Below are positions 1 to 12,770 of a stretch of DNA of 64,000 nt, piece by piece (position 1 is the stretch's first letter; each line of letters starts with the position of its first letter). The notes beneath the pieces were generated by a model, which was not told the origin of the DNA, did not search any database, and was given only the letters and a program-made list of their open reading frames with translations. The DNA is from Octopus vulgaris. Lineage: Eukaryota. The position numbers and the translations under genes are program-made. The DNA lies in the NCBI GenBank assembly GCA_951406725.2, contig OX597815.1, positions 114,266,001 through 114,330,000 on the forward strand, written 5' to 3'.

Positions 1-200
1 GTGCCACCGGCACGGAAGCCAGTTGAGGCGGCACTGGCATCAGCCACAATTAGGATGGTGCATTTTACATGCCACCGGCACGGAAGCCAGTCGAGGCAGC
101 GCTGGCATCGGCCACGATTCGGATAGCGCTTTTTACGTACCACCAGTCCAGGGGTCCTGGCAACTGCCGGGTGCCAGTCATAGGATTGGTTCAATTTCGA
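1..200. repeat. Partial interspersed repeat with an internal ~68-bp direct repeat
   Basis: gccaccggcacggaagccagt occurs at 3-23 and 71-91, each followed by a related ...ctggcatc(a/g)gccac. GC-rich compared with the flanks. Cut by the window edge. Confidence 0.55.
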
Positions 201-384
201 TTTAAATTCATCAAAGATAAATAAAAAGAAAGCATCATCTATTAAATGTAATTATCCTCTTATGAAGATGGGATCTCTGAATTATTTAATTTCTAAGCAA
301 TTCTGCATTTTTTCTTTGCAATCAAATCTTGTATACTTAGTTATTGATTCATGCATTACTTTGATAAGTATGGGGAACTGTGTG

Positions 385-425
385 CTTTGCTGATGAGGTT
401 AGAATATGGTGAAACATGTCTGGAG
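385..425 (+). ncRNA. Degenerate type I hammerhead ribozyme motif
   Basis: CTGATGA (390-396), 14 nt, GAAA-CATG-TC (411-420) with palindromic stem III ACATGT. Stems I and II pair mostly through G.U wobbles (ctttg/tggag). Confidence 0.45.
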
Positions 426-622
426 TTGTCACACCCATATATACTAGAAAAACGAAAATGCTATAAGCCACTAACTAATATTATTTTTCCTTCGTTACAT
501 TTATTTCTTATGAGTTTTTTAAAACACCAGGCATGTAGTAACTAACTTAAGTTCACCTAGTAACAAACTAACACTTGACAATTTAGCCAAGCTGCTTCTT
601 GGTTCCTGAAGGAAACCTGATG

Positions 623-1154
623 TCAACTGTTTGAAAATCTAAAATCCAGTGAATACAAATGAGAAATAAACATAGTAGTGTTTTCATCTTTACCAAAGTT
701 TTTTTTAAAATAGATATAACAACAAAACCTTCTCTAGTTATTTCATCAATAAGAGAAAACTGGGAAGATCTTGAAGTATATCTTAACTTAAATATTTTAT
801 TGATACAAACAAGACATTAAGGACTAAAATCAAATGTGAAAAGCTGTTAATAAATATTTAAAACTAAAGCATAGTTGTATTATCAGTAATTCAAAAATTC
901 TATAAATGTTTATCTTCAATAATATGCAACATTTTCTGATATTTCAAGAAATCCCTTGCTTTAAGTACAGTGTACTCTCTGCATGTCCTTTTCAAAGGAA
1001 CTGCACACATGTATGTATATCTTTCCTGTGTATTATTTCAATTATTCATACAAAGAACTGGGCTGATTTCAAACAAAGGAAACATTAATGAAAATATGAA
1101 TATGAAAAAAGCTCAACTATTGGAATTTTGCAAACAACATTGTGTGTGCATGCA

Positions 1155-1186
<32 letters not shown>

Positions 1187-2105
1187 CACACGTGTGCCCT
1201 AGTCTATATCTATGAATGCGTTTGTGTTTGAGTGTGTATTTATGTGTGCTTGTATATATATGCATGTATGATGCTTACACACACACATAAGTGCGTGTAT
1301 ATTATGTTTGAATATATCTTGCGTTCAATGCACACACACACACATGCACACAATGCTGTTTGCAAAATTCCAACAGTTGAGCTTTTTTCATATTCATATT
1401 TTCATTAATGTTTTCTTTGTTTGAAATCAGCCCCATTCTTTGTACGAATAATTGAAATAATAATAATAATAATAATAGTAATAATAATAATAATAATTCA
1501 AAAGTGCGTATAAAGAATATGCAGTAATGTACAAATGTCTGGAAAGTGAACAGTGTATGAGTCAGATACATGCGTGTGTATGGAGGGGAGAAACTCAGGT
1601 GTAGTGTTGGCGAATCTCAGGAAGCATGGAAGTTTTGAAGGATGCAGTGCTCCGACAACTAACAACTGATGCCAGCAGTTTGTTCCATGCTTCAACAACT
1701 CTTAGAGTGAAAAAATGTTTCTGAAAGTCATGGGATCTGTGCTGTTTTCAGACTTTGTAAACATGTCCACAGGTGTTAGACAGATGGAGTTTGAAAAGGT
1801 GCTCACACATGAAAGATATACATACATGTGTGCAGGTCCTTTGAAAAGGATATGCAGAGAGTACACTGTACTTAAGGCAAAGGATTTCTTGAAATATCAG
1901 AAAATGTTGCATATTATTGAAGATAAACATTTACAGAAGGGAAGGAGCTCCCCACCCAAAGAAACTTTATACCTTCTGATAAAATTGTAGAAATAATTAC
2001 GGAAGGTTTTGTTATAACTATTTAAAATAAGATTTGGTAAAGATCATGCTGCTATGTCTTTTTCTTATACAATATCACTGGACTTTAAATTTTCAAACAG
2101 TTGAA
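623..2105. repeat. Long interrupted inverted repeat (fold-back) centred on a TG/CA microsatellite
   Basis: Reverse-complement pairs: ~903-1030 with ~1805-1933, ~1031-1160 with ~1330-1462, and ~623-750 with ~1985-2105. Mirrored ORFs 906..1088(+) and 1748..1930(-) are nearly identical. Confidence 0.9.
1460..1804 (-). mobile_element. 3' fragment of a CR1-clade LINE with (ATT)n tail, inserted in the right arm of the inverted repeat
   Basis: Minus strand reads ...TCGHVYKV*KQHRSHDFQKHFFTLRVVEAWNKL..., the CR1 ORF2 C-terminal pattern. (TAA)n tract at 1457-1497. Absent from the left arm. Confidence 0.8.
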
Positions 2106-2321
2106 ACTAAGTCTATACATTCGCCCACACGCACACACACGCACACGCACACACACACACACACAGATAAATACTTACATCAAGTATGAATGGTCGAAAA
2201 CTGGAATCTATAGTGAGATCAATGTGTATCAATTGGAAGCAATTTGGACACCTGAGAAATAAATAAAAATGGAATAAAATCAAATATTATTCTATATCTT
2301 TGAGATGAGGAATTATGTACA

Positions 2322-4479
2322 TTATTTACAATGGACATATAAGTGTCCTCACCTTGTTTGTTGTTACCACAACGTTTCAACTGATGTACTCTCCAGCCTT
2401 CATCAGGGGTTCTGATGGAATTTTGAACCCAACCCTTTATTATGTCCATACTTGAATATAATAGCTCCTTATGGAGGTAGCCATAAAGACACCAAAAGCT
2501 CAGGGAGATGAACTAAGGTGGAAAATGAGCCAGGTATTAGAGGAAGTGAAACTTCCCAAACCGAACATCACTAAGGAAGAAAAGTTCACTATCAAAACAT
2601 TACAGACTAACAGTTCCATCACAATACTTCCAGTGGACAAGGGCAAAGATACAGTGGGGATGAACAAATCTGAATACTCTGAAAAATTGGCAAGTCTCAT
2701 AAGTGATGATAGCTACAGCAAAATAAAGACCCATCTCTGAAAACAGAGAGAAAGTTGTCACAGATCTTAATCAAGAACAAGGATCACTTCATACCAATGA
2801 AGTGCAGAAAACTGACCCAACACTACAGTAAGCTGCTACACATGTATGGTCTCCCTAAGATTCATAAGGATGGTATTCCATAAGGACCTATAGTGAGCTG
2901 TAGAGGTTTGGCATGTCATCCACTGAGCTGCTTCTTTGTGAATATAATTAATCCATTAGCTGGTATGTCAACATCATATGCGAAAAATTCCACTCACTTC
3001 ACAGAATTGATCAAGGATACCCCACCTGGATCCAATCAGATGGTTAGTCTAGATGTGATAAGTCTGTTTACCGAACTCCTAACTGATGATGTACTCAATG
3101 ATTCAAGACAAATTAGCGACAGACATCTCTCTAAAAGAACATACTAGTATACCAACAGGAAACTTACTTCAGAGTAGATACTGATATATATATCGACAAG
3201 AAGAGGGTTTAGCTATGGATTCGCCATTATTACCAGTAATATATACATGGAATACTTTGAGAATTTGGCTTTAGGATCAACACCACTAAAGCCGACCTTA
3301 TGACTTTGATATGTTGATGACACTGTTATACTTTGACCCCCACCAGGAGGATGTCCAAGTGCTGCTAGATCAATAAAGCCATCCATACAGCTCACAATGG
3401 AAAAGGAGAAAGATAATCAGCTGGCATTCTTGGATGTATTAATAACACATGCTGTGTATAGGGTTCAGGACATCTGTATACCACAAGCCAATCTTCACTG
3501 GATAATACCTCAACTTCAATTCCCACCATCCATACAGTATGAAGAGAGGGATTGCTCAGTGCCTAAAACATTGAGCAAAGACTATAAGTAGTGATCTTGA
3601 TACACACCATGAAGAAATGATCAGGCTAAGAAACAATCTACTATGCATCAACTACCCAGAAAACATACTATCCACTCCAATTAAGAAGAAGAGAGAGCAT
3701 GAAACCCATAAACTGACCACAGTCTGTCTACCCTTTATCAAAGGCCTCTTGGAAAAGATACAAACGTTATGTGGTCCATATGACATGAGGACAGTAGTCA
3801 GAAGTAATACAACACTTTGCAAATATCTCCTCCAAGTAAAACCACCCATAGAAAAAAATATGACCAAAAATTGCATGTACGCCATCCCATGCAGTTGTGG
3901 TAGGTAAAAGGCAAAACATGTCATCCCCTTAAAATAAGAGTAGAGGAACATTATAAAGATGTGACATGAGGAGATATTGAAAAATTGGGTATAGCCAATC
4001 ATGTATGGAAAAACAGAAACCATCTTCCCCTGTGGGATGAAGTTAAAATAATAGACAGAGAACACCACTGGAAAATACGAAAATTAAAAGAGGCAGCACA
4101 TATGCAAGGACACAATAACCTCCTAAGCAGACCTAGTGCAGATATGGATGTAATATGGGAACTAGTATTAAGAAAAGATAAGATAATAGGTTTATGAGCC
4201 CCAAAATTCACTGTGTAGTTGCACACGGACACATAGCATAAGCTACTAACCCTCAAGTTCAATCTGAGTTCAATCCCAGGCAGGGACTTGGGAAATAATA
4301 TCAACAAAAAATAACATCAAAAAAAAAAAAAGAATACCTTTGGAATGATCACAGAGTACCCTGTTAATCAAATAAAGGGTTGGGTTCGAAATTCCACCAG
4401 AAGGCTGGAGAGTACATCAGTCAAAACATTGTGGTAACAACAAACAAGGTGAGGACACCTATCCATCCATTGTAAATAA
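2322..4479 (+). mobile_element. Decayed Penelope-like retroelement (RT + GIY-YIG endonuclease) with inverted terminal repeats
   Basis: Broken frames give KPNITKEE..ILPVDKG, MYGLPKIHKDGIP, VSLDVISLFT, GLAMDSPL, YVDD (~3310-3321), LAFLDVLI, then NCMYAIPCSCG, IANHVW, RKLKEA. 2322-2441 is the reverse complement of 4371-4479. Confidence 0.92.
2366..2412 (-). ncRNA. Hammerhead ribozyme motif in the left terminal repeat of the Penelope-like element
   Basis: Minus strand: CTGATGA-a-ggctg(gagagtacat)cagtt-GAAA-CG-TT-gtgg. Stem II pairs, stem III is the palindrome ACGT, stem I is imperfect. Confidence 0.6.
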
Positions 4480-4674
4480 AATCAAATATATGTTCAAGCA
4501 ACTTGGTGGTTGGTTTCAGCTCTTGATTTGTAATTGTAAAATCTGTAATGGGATTAGAACTGCATAGCTTTGCATACAACTCTTTTTAGAACCTCCCCTA
4601 AGAATTTACCCATTGTCCATCTTCTCTAAAAAGTGAAAAAAAGTGAACTTGGCAAGGTTTATATCTAAAGCACC

Positions 4675-4906
4675 TATTTCTTTACTACCCACAAGGGGCT
4701 AAATACAGAGAGGACAAACAAGGACAGACAAATGGATTAAATCGATTATATCGACTCCAGTGCGTAACTGGTACTTAATTTATTGACCCTGAAAGGATGA
4801 AAGGCAAAGTTGACCAAGGCGGAATTTGAACTCAGAATGTAACGGCAGGCGAAATACTGCTACACATTTCGCCCGGCGTGCAAACGATTCTGCCAGCTCG
4901 CCGCCT
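4675..4906 (-). mobile_element. tRNA-headed SINE (family with gcctttcatcctttcggggtcgataaa central domain)
   Basis: Minus strand: ggcgagctggcagaatcgtt...ctgagttcaaattcc (B-box-like)...tttgcctttcatcctttcagggtcaataaattaagtaccag. Many paralogues in the window. Confidence 0.85.
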
Positions 4907-6437
4907 TATTTATATCTAAAGTACCACTACATAAGTACATTAATGAATATATGCATATGAAATCCTTGTTAACCAAAAGGCATCTAGACAATTGCCAGAA
5001 TACTGAAATATGTTTTTATGAATGCCTTAAGAACATCTGTAATGTTTATGTTAAAAAGATTATTCTCATAAACTTACAATTCCACAATTACAAGGGGGCT
5101 TCTTGACACTCAGAAGTCTATTGTCAGGTTTGAATGTCACATCATACTTAGCTCATAGTATTCTGCTGTCTTATGCATGTCATAATGGTTTTGATGTTAA
5201 CTGTTAATGTTTCATTTAGAATATTCCACTCACAATTAGGAATAGTTACAACTGAGATATTGGATAAATTTTATTTTTCTTTTATTCCACAATGTTAAGT
5301 GACCTTTGTCAAATTCTTACAACTAAAATAAAATTAGTCATTGACTTATATTGTTTTTTTTTCCTAACCATTTAATTATTTCTAGTCAGTTTTTATTGAA
5401 TGTGTTAGCAGTAACTTAACCTTAGAAACAACCTTATTTTAAAGATTAATTGAATTACTTGAAACAATTCATAAGGACTAATTATAAAATATGTTTTGAT
5501 AGATGAAAATAATCATTTAAAAAAAATATTTGTTTTCCCAAGCTGCTAACAAATATCAAACAGGTTTTCTTTGAGGGGTTTTCTGTTGTTGTCAGTCTCT
5601 AGGGATTGAGGATGATTGTTCACAAGAATTAATTTCTGTGGGCCTGCATGTCACTATGTAGAACACAAAAATGGGTCATCTTCAGCATCAATTATACAAT
5701 GTATAGTAGCAGCAGTAGCAGAAAATGTGTTGTTCATGCAGCTGTTTTAATATTCCTGGATTGTATTATAAAGCAGCAGATGGTTTATAGCTAATTTCTT
5801 TTGGTTCAAAGTGTATGGCAATCTACTTTGGTTAATCAATGTCACATGTCATGAAGTTTCTTTGAACATTTTTTTTTCTTTTTGAGGAAACAATGTTTGG
5901 TAACTATTATTTAAAAGCAAGAACAGATAATAAAATATGACATATAGCCTGAAACATTAGATGAGATAGCATCAAGCATCAGAATATTGATTTGACATTC
6001 AAGAAGATAATGTTCAAAGAATATTGATTTCAAAATAAGTAATAGTTCACCTAAACCCATTTATTGTCTTAAAATCACACTTCCAAACATGCTTGATCTA
6101 GTTACAAGGAAAATCTTACTTCCTTTTTCACCTGTTGCCAGAACCAAATTCTCAAACTGTAATTTGGAAAATTGGTTTTAGAACACAAGATAACAATTGA
6201 TCAAAGACAAGTGGTTCTCTGAGAAACTGTTCAGAATTTACTCAAGTTTTTTCGGTTTTCTTTTTCCCCTGTTATTTTTGGCACTATCAACAGGTGTTAG
6301 CAAGTATTAGATTGACTTTTTGTCTTCAGTAAAGTCATCATTCTTTTATGAAGGATTAGATGAGGAAAGTTTAGAGAAATTACTCATGGTATACTTCAAG
6401 CAATTAACGACATCTTATCAGTTTGGACAGCTGCAAT

Positions 6438-6502
6438 TTATAAATATAAATGATTCTCTGTATACCTGATGTAGTCTTTAACATCATGCATGTACCATTT
6501 CA
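6438..6502 (-). CDS. Putative terminal coding exon of an uncharacterised minus-strand gene
   Basis: Acceptor tgtttctgcag|; reads (L)KWYMHDVKDYIRYTENHLYL*. Phase matches the 7141-7226 exon. Confidence 0.55.
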
Positions 6503-6524
6503 CTGCAGAAACACATTCAAGCAT

Positions 6525-6790
6525 GAATCATCATCATCATTATTATCATTATTATCATTTAACGTTCATTTTCCATACTGGCATGGGTTGGATGGTTTGA
6601 CCAGAGCTGGTAAGCCAGGGACTGCACCAAGCTCCGTTGTCTGTTCTGACTTGGTTTCTATAGTTAGATGCCTTTCCTAACACCAACCACTCCACAGAGT
6701 GTACTGAGTGCTTTTTGGGTGGCTCCAGCACCAATGCTTTTAATGTGGTATCTAGCACAAGTGGTTGTTATGTGGCACAGCACCAGTATC
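6525..6790 (-). mobile_element. Interspersed repeat with (TGA)n tail
   Basis: Reverse-complement paralogue of 12020-12270; both end in a GAT/TCA microsatellite. Confidence 0.7.
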
Positions 6791-7140
6791 AATTCTGCTC
6801 TGGCAGATGGGTTTTCTTGAGTACAACAATGTACCAGATATTTCAGTCCTTAGTCATTTCCTTCATGAGGCTCAGAGTCTTGAGATCAGCCTTCAGTACT
6901 TCATCCCATGTCTTCCTGGGTCTCCTTCTTCCACAAGTGAATCTTTGTGTAAAATTAAATTTTCTTTAGATTCCAGAATACATTTCTTCTTTTTTTTCAG
7001 AATTTTATCTAATACGTGCATATACAGAATTTACATTATGCTTGTTCTAAACATTTACAAAAGCAATAAAATAAGGATTCAATGCTTGTATTTGTTTGAA
7101 GTAGAAAAAATCTTGTTTGTAATTTATTAAAACTTATTAC

Positions 7141-7226
7141 AAATTCTCATAACATTTGAGATGCAGGGGAAATGCGTCAGTATATCTGGTTTCAGCAAAC
7201 TTTTTGACACTTCATAACAGACTGCA
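7141..7226 (-). CDS. Putative internal coding exon
   Basis: Acceptor tttcttaatag|, weak donor |gtaata. 86 nt, phase 2 to 1, open: AVCYEVSKSLLKPDILTHFPCISNVMRI. Confidence 0.6.
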
Positions 7227-7923
7227 CTATTAAGAAATATAACAGAAAGTGAACATAACAGCTTTGTGTGTTCTTAAATTATTGAAATTATTCTGCAATG
7301 ATGTAATTTTTTAACTCATAATGTTTTATGTCTTCGTAGTCAAGCCAAACTGTTACATTGATTTGTAGTTACTACAGAAAGTTTACAGCAAAATAGCACA
7401 GTACCTAACGAACTTATTGTTATCTGAATATTACAGCTATGCTTTTTTTTCCTTGTTTTTTTTCTGTGAATCAGACTTAGGCAGCATCTATTTCCATAAC
7501 AGATTTTCAATCATAAACTTTCAATTCATATAATGTTAAGTATACTTGCATTTTTAGAAAATACTTGTGAAAGATGTCTTCAGTATGCTCTGTCTATTTG
7601 ACTGTTTATCTGTCTGTCTCTCTCTCTCTCTCACACACACACAACAAAAATGCTGTACAGAAGTATTAAGGAACCACCACGACTGCTGCCTCTACTGCCT
7701 CCATTTCATTATCCCTGATGTGGCACTGTATTTTTTTATGTTATACTGAAGTATTTTCTAGAATTCACACCTAGAATTATTTTATCACTTCACTTTACAT
7801 AGTCACAATTAAGAAAGTTAATCTTTTTTTAGTATAACTTTAATTGTGTTTTTAAGGCAATGTCAGTTAGTCAGGATACATATAAAATTCTAATAAAATT
7901 TTTAAATTACAGAATCTACTCAC

Positions 7924-8096
7924 AGAATGTTTTTACTTTTAACTTTATTGGACTGAGTTATGAGAGTTTCAGCCAACATCAGCAAGGAGACAATCTCCAT
8001 CTTCAAGAAAGAAAGCAACTTTTCCGCTGATGATTGTCCATAACTGTTATGAATTCTCAGCAGTAAATTCCAAAGTTTCCCAGCTTTATTCGTAAT
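7924..8096 (-). CDS. Putative internal coding exon
   Basis: Acceptor ttttcacaaacag|, donor |gtgagt. 173 nt, phase 0 to 2, open: ITNKAGKLWNLLLRIHNSYGQSSAEKLLSFLKMEIVSLLMLAETLITQSNKVKSKNI(L). Confidence 0.72.
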
Positions 8097-8422
8097 CTGT
8101 TTGTGAAAATTGAAAACTATATATTAGGAATACTCAACAAAATTTTGAAGTTATTTTAGATAAATGAAAAATAATAAATGAAAATTTAATCTAGTTTAGC
8201 ATTTATTTATTTATTTATTTATTTATTTCGTCTTTCCATTAACACAAATTTTGCATTTTAATATCACTGCTTTGAAAAATCTTAACTTTGAGGTTTCTTT
8301 ACAAGAATTTTAAGAAATGTATATAAAAAATTAAGTCAGCTACATGAAAATAATTGTTTTATCTACTTATCATTTTATTCTTGATGTGAAGTTGTGTGCT
8401 GAAACAGATTTTGCCAATAATA

Positions 8423-8682
8423 AAGGGTCATTTTACCAATAATAAACTCACAAACAGGTTCTATTTCACTTCTTTTTCTTTGTTAGTCAACCAGTCAACC
8501 ATTTTAATTGATGGTTATATGATCTATTTGGTCAATTAACCAGCTAGTTTGGTCAGAGTCTTTTCACTCTTAAGACCACATTAATGACATTCCTCTCTAC
8601 TTCAGATGTGTCTGTCTCCTAGCTTACAGATTCTATATATATTTATGGGGATGCAAGTGAGAATGTCTTAGAGAGAGAGAGA

Positions 8683-8764
<82 letters not shown>

Positions 8765-9490
8765 ATGCATATTCATGTATATGTAGAATGTAAGTTCTGA
8801 GAGCAGTGTGGGTTGTTAAACATGTATTTATTTTAGAAACATTTATTTTATGATTAATATATTTTTCTTTGTGAATGGACTGAGTGTATGTTAGTATGGA
8901 CATTCAAATCTATTTGGTTTACTTATTTTGGAGAAAGCACAGATCAAATTACAATTTAATGATCCCCTTCATCTTTCATTTTAATAACTCAAGAGAAGAA
9001 GAAATTTATCTTCAAACGTACTACACTTCACACATGCATATGCAGAGCATATAAGCATACATGTAGGGTTATTAACACATTAAAGTATATTTACTATCCT
9101 AACACTCATACCAATGTATTTTTACTAACGTATGGGTTTATAAATTTTTGTTTGAAGGGGTAGTGGTGATAGGAGCAGATTAGCATGTCTGCCACGGTAT
9201 CTGATTTACACTATATTCATTGACCAATTTAATGTGAAGATGCATGTGTAAGGTGGTATGCATCAGCAACACACAGGTATGCATATACTTGTGGATTCAT
9301 AAATGATACTATATAGACCTGGAGTGGAGATGGATGCCATTGAAGAGACCAGGAATGACATCAGAAGGATTATAACAAACTTAGCTGATTGATTGACTGA
9401 ATGATTAATCAAACAAAGGATTGACTAATAATAACAAAAGAAGTGAAATATAACCTGTGCATGTGTTTATTATTGGCCCAGTGACCCTCT
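8423..9490. repeat. Old, diverged inverted repeat enclosing a (GA)n tract
   Basis: agggtca...caataataaactcacaaacaggttctatttcacttctttt...ttagtcaa (8423-8490) mirrors ttgactaa...aaaagaagtgaaatataacctgtgcatgtgtttattattg...tgaccct (9421-9488). Weaker similarity extends to ~8610/9315. Confidence 0.65.
8669..8763. repeat. (GA)n microsatellite
   Basis: Directly visible. Confidence 0.98.
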
Positions 9491-10649
9491 CACGGCACAA
9501 AGATGTATTTAGTTGCTTTATTTGAATATTATGTAAAATATTTTTATTTGATGGCAATTAGCATAAGCATTTTAAATACTGAACTTTATAAATTAGAGGT
9601 CAGCGGAACCAAACTCTCAGTTATTAAATAGTTCAACAAAGTACATTGGATTAAGTATGCAACCATAAAAGAAATTCACAATCTCTAGAACTTCTCTCCT
9701 CAGGCTGACATTTAAATGAATGTAAGATGGAAATAATAAAATAGGTCCTTAATATGATATATTTCATGTTAATTTCTAATATTAGCATCAAGAATAGAAA
9801 TTATGAGAAAATAGTAGGTCATCTCATCATTATCATCATCATCATCATCTAGTTAAACTTACTACTCTCAAAAGTACATAAGTAAAACATATTAAAAAAG
9901 AAAAATATGCTAAAGAGTAGGAAGTATTGTGGTAAAATATGAAGTCGGGAAAATAGTATTATTTTATATGTCATTCATCTCCTTCCTATGGTATAAGGTT
10001 GATAAAATAAGTAGCAGTTATTATTTTTGATTATACGTATGAATGTATGTATTTACGTATATATTTATGTACACACACACACACACACACATACACACAC
10101 ACACACACACATACACACACACATACACACACATATCTGTCCCCCATAAATTTATGGCTTTTCCGTTGATAAAATACTTTATAGTTTTGGATAAGTTACA
10201 AGGTAGATATTTCTTGCTGTAGAATCACAGATAGCCAAGAGGAAATAGTCTAGGGATCAGTGGTTCAGTTACTGTTATAAGTGATACAATAATTTGTGAC
10301 CATTGGTTGTTTTTAATGATTCAGTCAGGAGGGAAGAGTAATGTCCTTGAACTTCACAGGTTATCCAAGACTTGTGATATTGGATAAGGTTAATGTTAAA
10401 GACAGGTAAGATTGATCCAGTTGAGTTCATTTAGTCCTAAATTGGAATTACAAGCAATACAATACACAGTGTTATTGCAGTTAGCAGTAGTAACGTGAAA
10501 AATAATGAGTATTTTGGTGGCTTTAATTTTTTTGTTTTTTTTTGTTAGTGAAACAGTATTGTTTCTATCATAAGGTTTATCTCACATCCACATAACGTTA
10601 CAGATATCAGAGACAATCAATGGCCCTGAGGAATCTTGTGCTTTAAAAA

Positions 10650-11150
10650 CGTCCACCTATCCATTTTCTCAGCCCTCTATTTCTAAGAGGCTCATTGGGG
10701 GTAGAGTTGTCAGGCACCTTTTCCATAGAGTTCTATCAGAAACAACCAATATTTTCTTACTGGACTCTCAAGTGTGACCAAATGAGATTATGGATATTAT
10801 CTAACCATATCATTTTTGGTTTATCTCTAGGTCTGTTGCTAGTTGGCTCAGCTTGAAGAAACTGTCATGTGATTCCTTCCTGTTACATTTATTTTCATTG
10901 CATGTTCATAGTACAGGAACTGTGACTTCCCAGGGTGGAGAAATAGTGGCTTGACCTGAAGAGACTCTTTGATTTCTGAGCTACACACCCTGTCAAGTAA
11001 TGTTGTTCTAGAGATCATTCAAAGGAATCCTATTTTGGCCCTTTGTTTTGAAAAGAGTTTCAAGTTTTACTCATGTTAAACTACACAATGAAAACACATC
11101 TACTACATAACAATTGCAGTCTAAAATGAGCAACATGTAACCACCACTTC
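10650..11150 (-). mobile_element. Decayed RTE-clade LINE 3' fragment
   Basis: Minus strand reads TTLLDRVCSSEIKESLQVKPLFLHL and QFLQAEPTSNRPRDKPKMIWLDNI, matching the RTE ORF C-terminal DRVRS..IR / RP.GRP..RW.D pattern. Confidence 0.65.
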
Positions 11151-12019
11151 AATGGTCCTTAGCTCTAAATCTTTTAAGACGTCAAGATATTTTCAAGACA
11201 AATGCTTAACTCAGATTTTGTATTATATGAAACAGAGAAGAGATAAATATTTCCTTGGACATTATATTAATTTATTGTAAGAAACCTTTAACCACCAGAT
11301 AACCTGGGAGATTTTACCTGCAAGAGAGATTTGAAATCATGATTCGTGTGCAGGAGGTGTAAAACTTCATCTGCTCAACTGTTTCATTACTTAGATTTGT
11401 GGTAAGGTGAATTGGATCAGTGAGAATAGTGTGTCTTGGTCAGTAACACAGAAATGATGATTTCAAATAGTCAATCCTTTAGTCTTTCAGGCTAAAGTCA
11501 TTAAGATGGAAGTAGCTATGGCTGTCTATGCTGACAATCAACAGAGTCTCTATGTGGTCACTCAATATACATGAAATAACAATCAAATTGCTCTCAACTC
11601 ACACCCTACCACCCTAAAAGAAAATGTAATCTGGAAAGACAAAATGTTCATAGTTAATATAACTTTGATCAAATGTCTATAGGATCATGGTTGACCTAAC
11701 TAAACAACAACATAAACAAGTTTTTATAATTGAAAACTATAAAATGAGCTAAGGGAAATAACTCAAATGGGCCGAGGATATACATATAGATAAGTGATGT
11801 ACTGAAAAAAAGCAAACAAACTGATATTTCTCTTTTAGTAGGAAAATGAAAGGATAAACTAAATGACAATTGTTAACCCTACTTAAAGAAAAGGGAAAAT
11901 AATTTGCAAAAAATAAGTAATTTCTCAAAGTTAATTTAACTGCTTAGAAGTAGGAAAGTTTTATTTTTGTTTGCAAGGGACATCCTGATATTTTATATTC
12001 TAATTTAATGATAAAAAGC

Positions 12020-12270
12020 ATCTGTGCCAGTGCCATGTATAAAGCTCCTATGCTGGAGCCACGTAAAAATGCACCCAGTACACTCTGTAAAGTGTTTGGT
12101 TTGGGATGGGCATCCAGCTCCAGAAACCAATCCAAAACACATGACTGGAATTCAAAGCACTTTTCTAGCTTACCAGCTCTAGCCAAACTATCCAACCTAT
12201 GCCAGAATGGAAAATAGACATTAAATGATGATGATGATGATGAGGAGGAGGAGGAGGGGGATGATGATGA
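12020..12270 (+). mobile_element. Interspersed repeat with (GAT)n tail
   Basis: Paralogue of 6525-6790 in the opposite orientation. Confidence 0.7.
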
Positions 12271-12308
12271 TAGTTTGTTAGAAGAAATATGAGAACCAAA
12301 ATACTGAC

Positions 12309-12489
12309 CTTTAAATATTTCACACCATCATCTTCTTCTAATTGTAATATCTTGATATGTGTATGAAGATATGTTCTCAGAGGGTGCATTGAAGTAACAG
12401 AGATATAGACTCTGAGAAACAGTGGCTCACCATCGATTAGTAATAAATCTTTAGGAATTTCTTGGAATATGATATCGGATGAAGGTTTG
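12309..12489 (-). CDS. Putative internal coding exon
   Basis: Acceptor ctattcttcttcag|, donor aag|gtcagt. 181 nt, phase 2 to 0, open: KPSSDIIFQEIPKDLLLIDGEPLFLRVYISVTSMHPLRTYLHTHIKILQLEEDDGVKYLK. Confidence 0.75.
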
Positions 12490-12731
12490 CTGAAGAAGAA
12501 TAGTATACGCACTTATACATATATTTATATATATATATATACATAAGATATTTATTTAAAACTGAATCTGCATGATTTGCTATTCAAAATTTCTGATTCT
12601 TGATCATCAGTTAACTGAATATTGGGGACATGAAACACCAAATAGTGACTAATATAAACTCCACACTGAATTTATGTTATTCCACTCTACTTAACAGTAT
12701 TGAGTATTTTTCCCCTTTCATTGTGATTCAT

Positions 12732-12770
<39 letters not shown>

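Noticed and set aside
7141-7200. FPCISNVMRIL resembling the hAT dimerisation-domain FPxIxxLLxI pattern
   Set aside because: Too short, and the following conserved ER.FS motif is absent, so there is no basis for calling a domesticated transposase.
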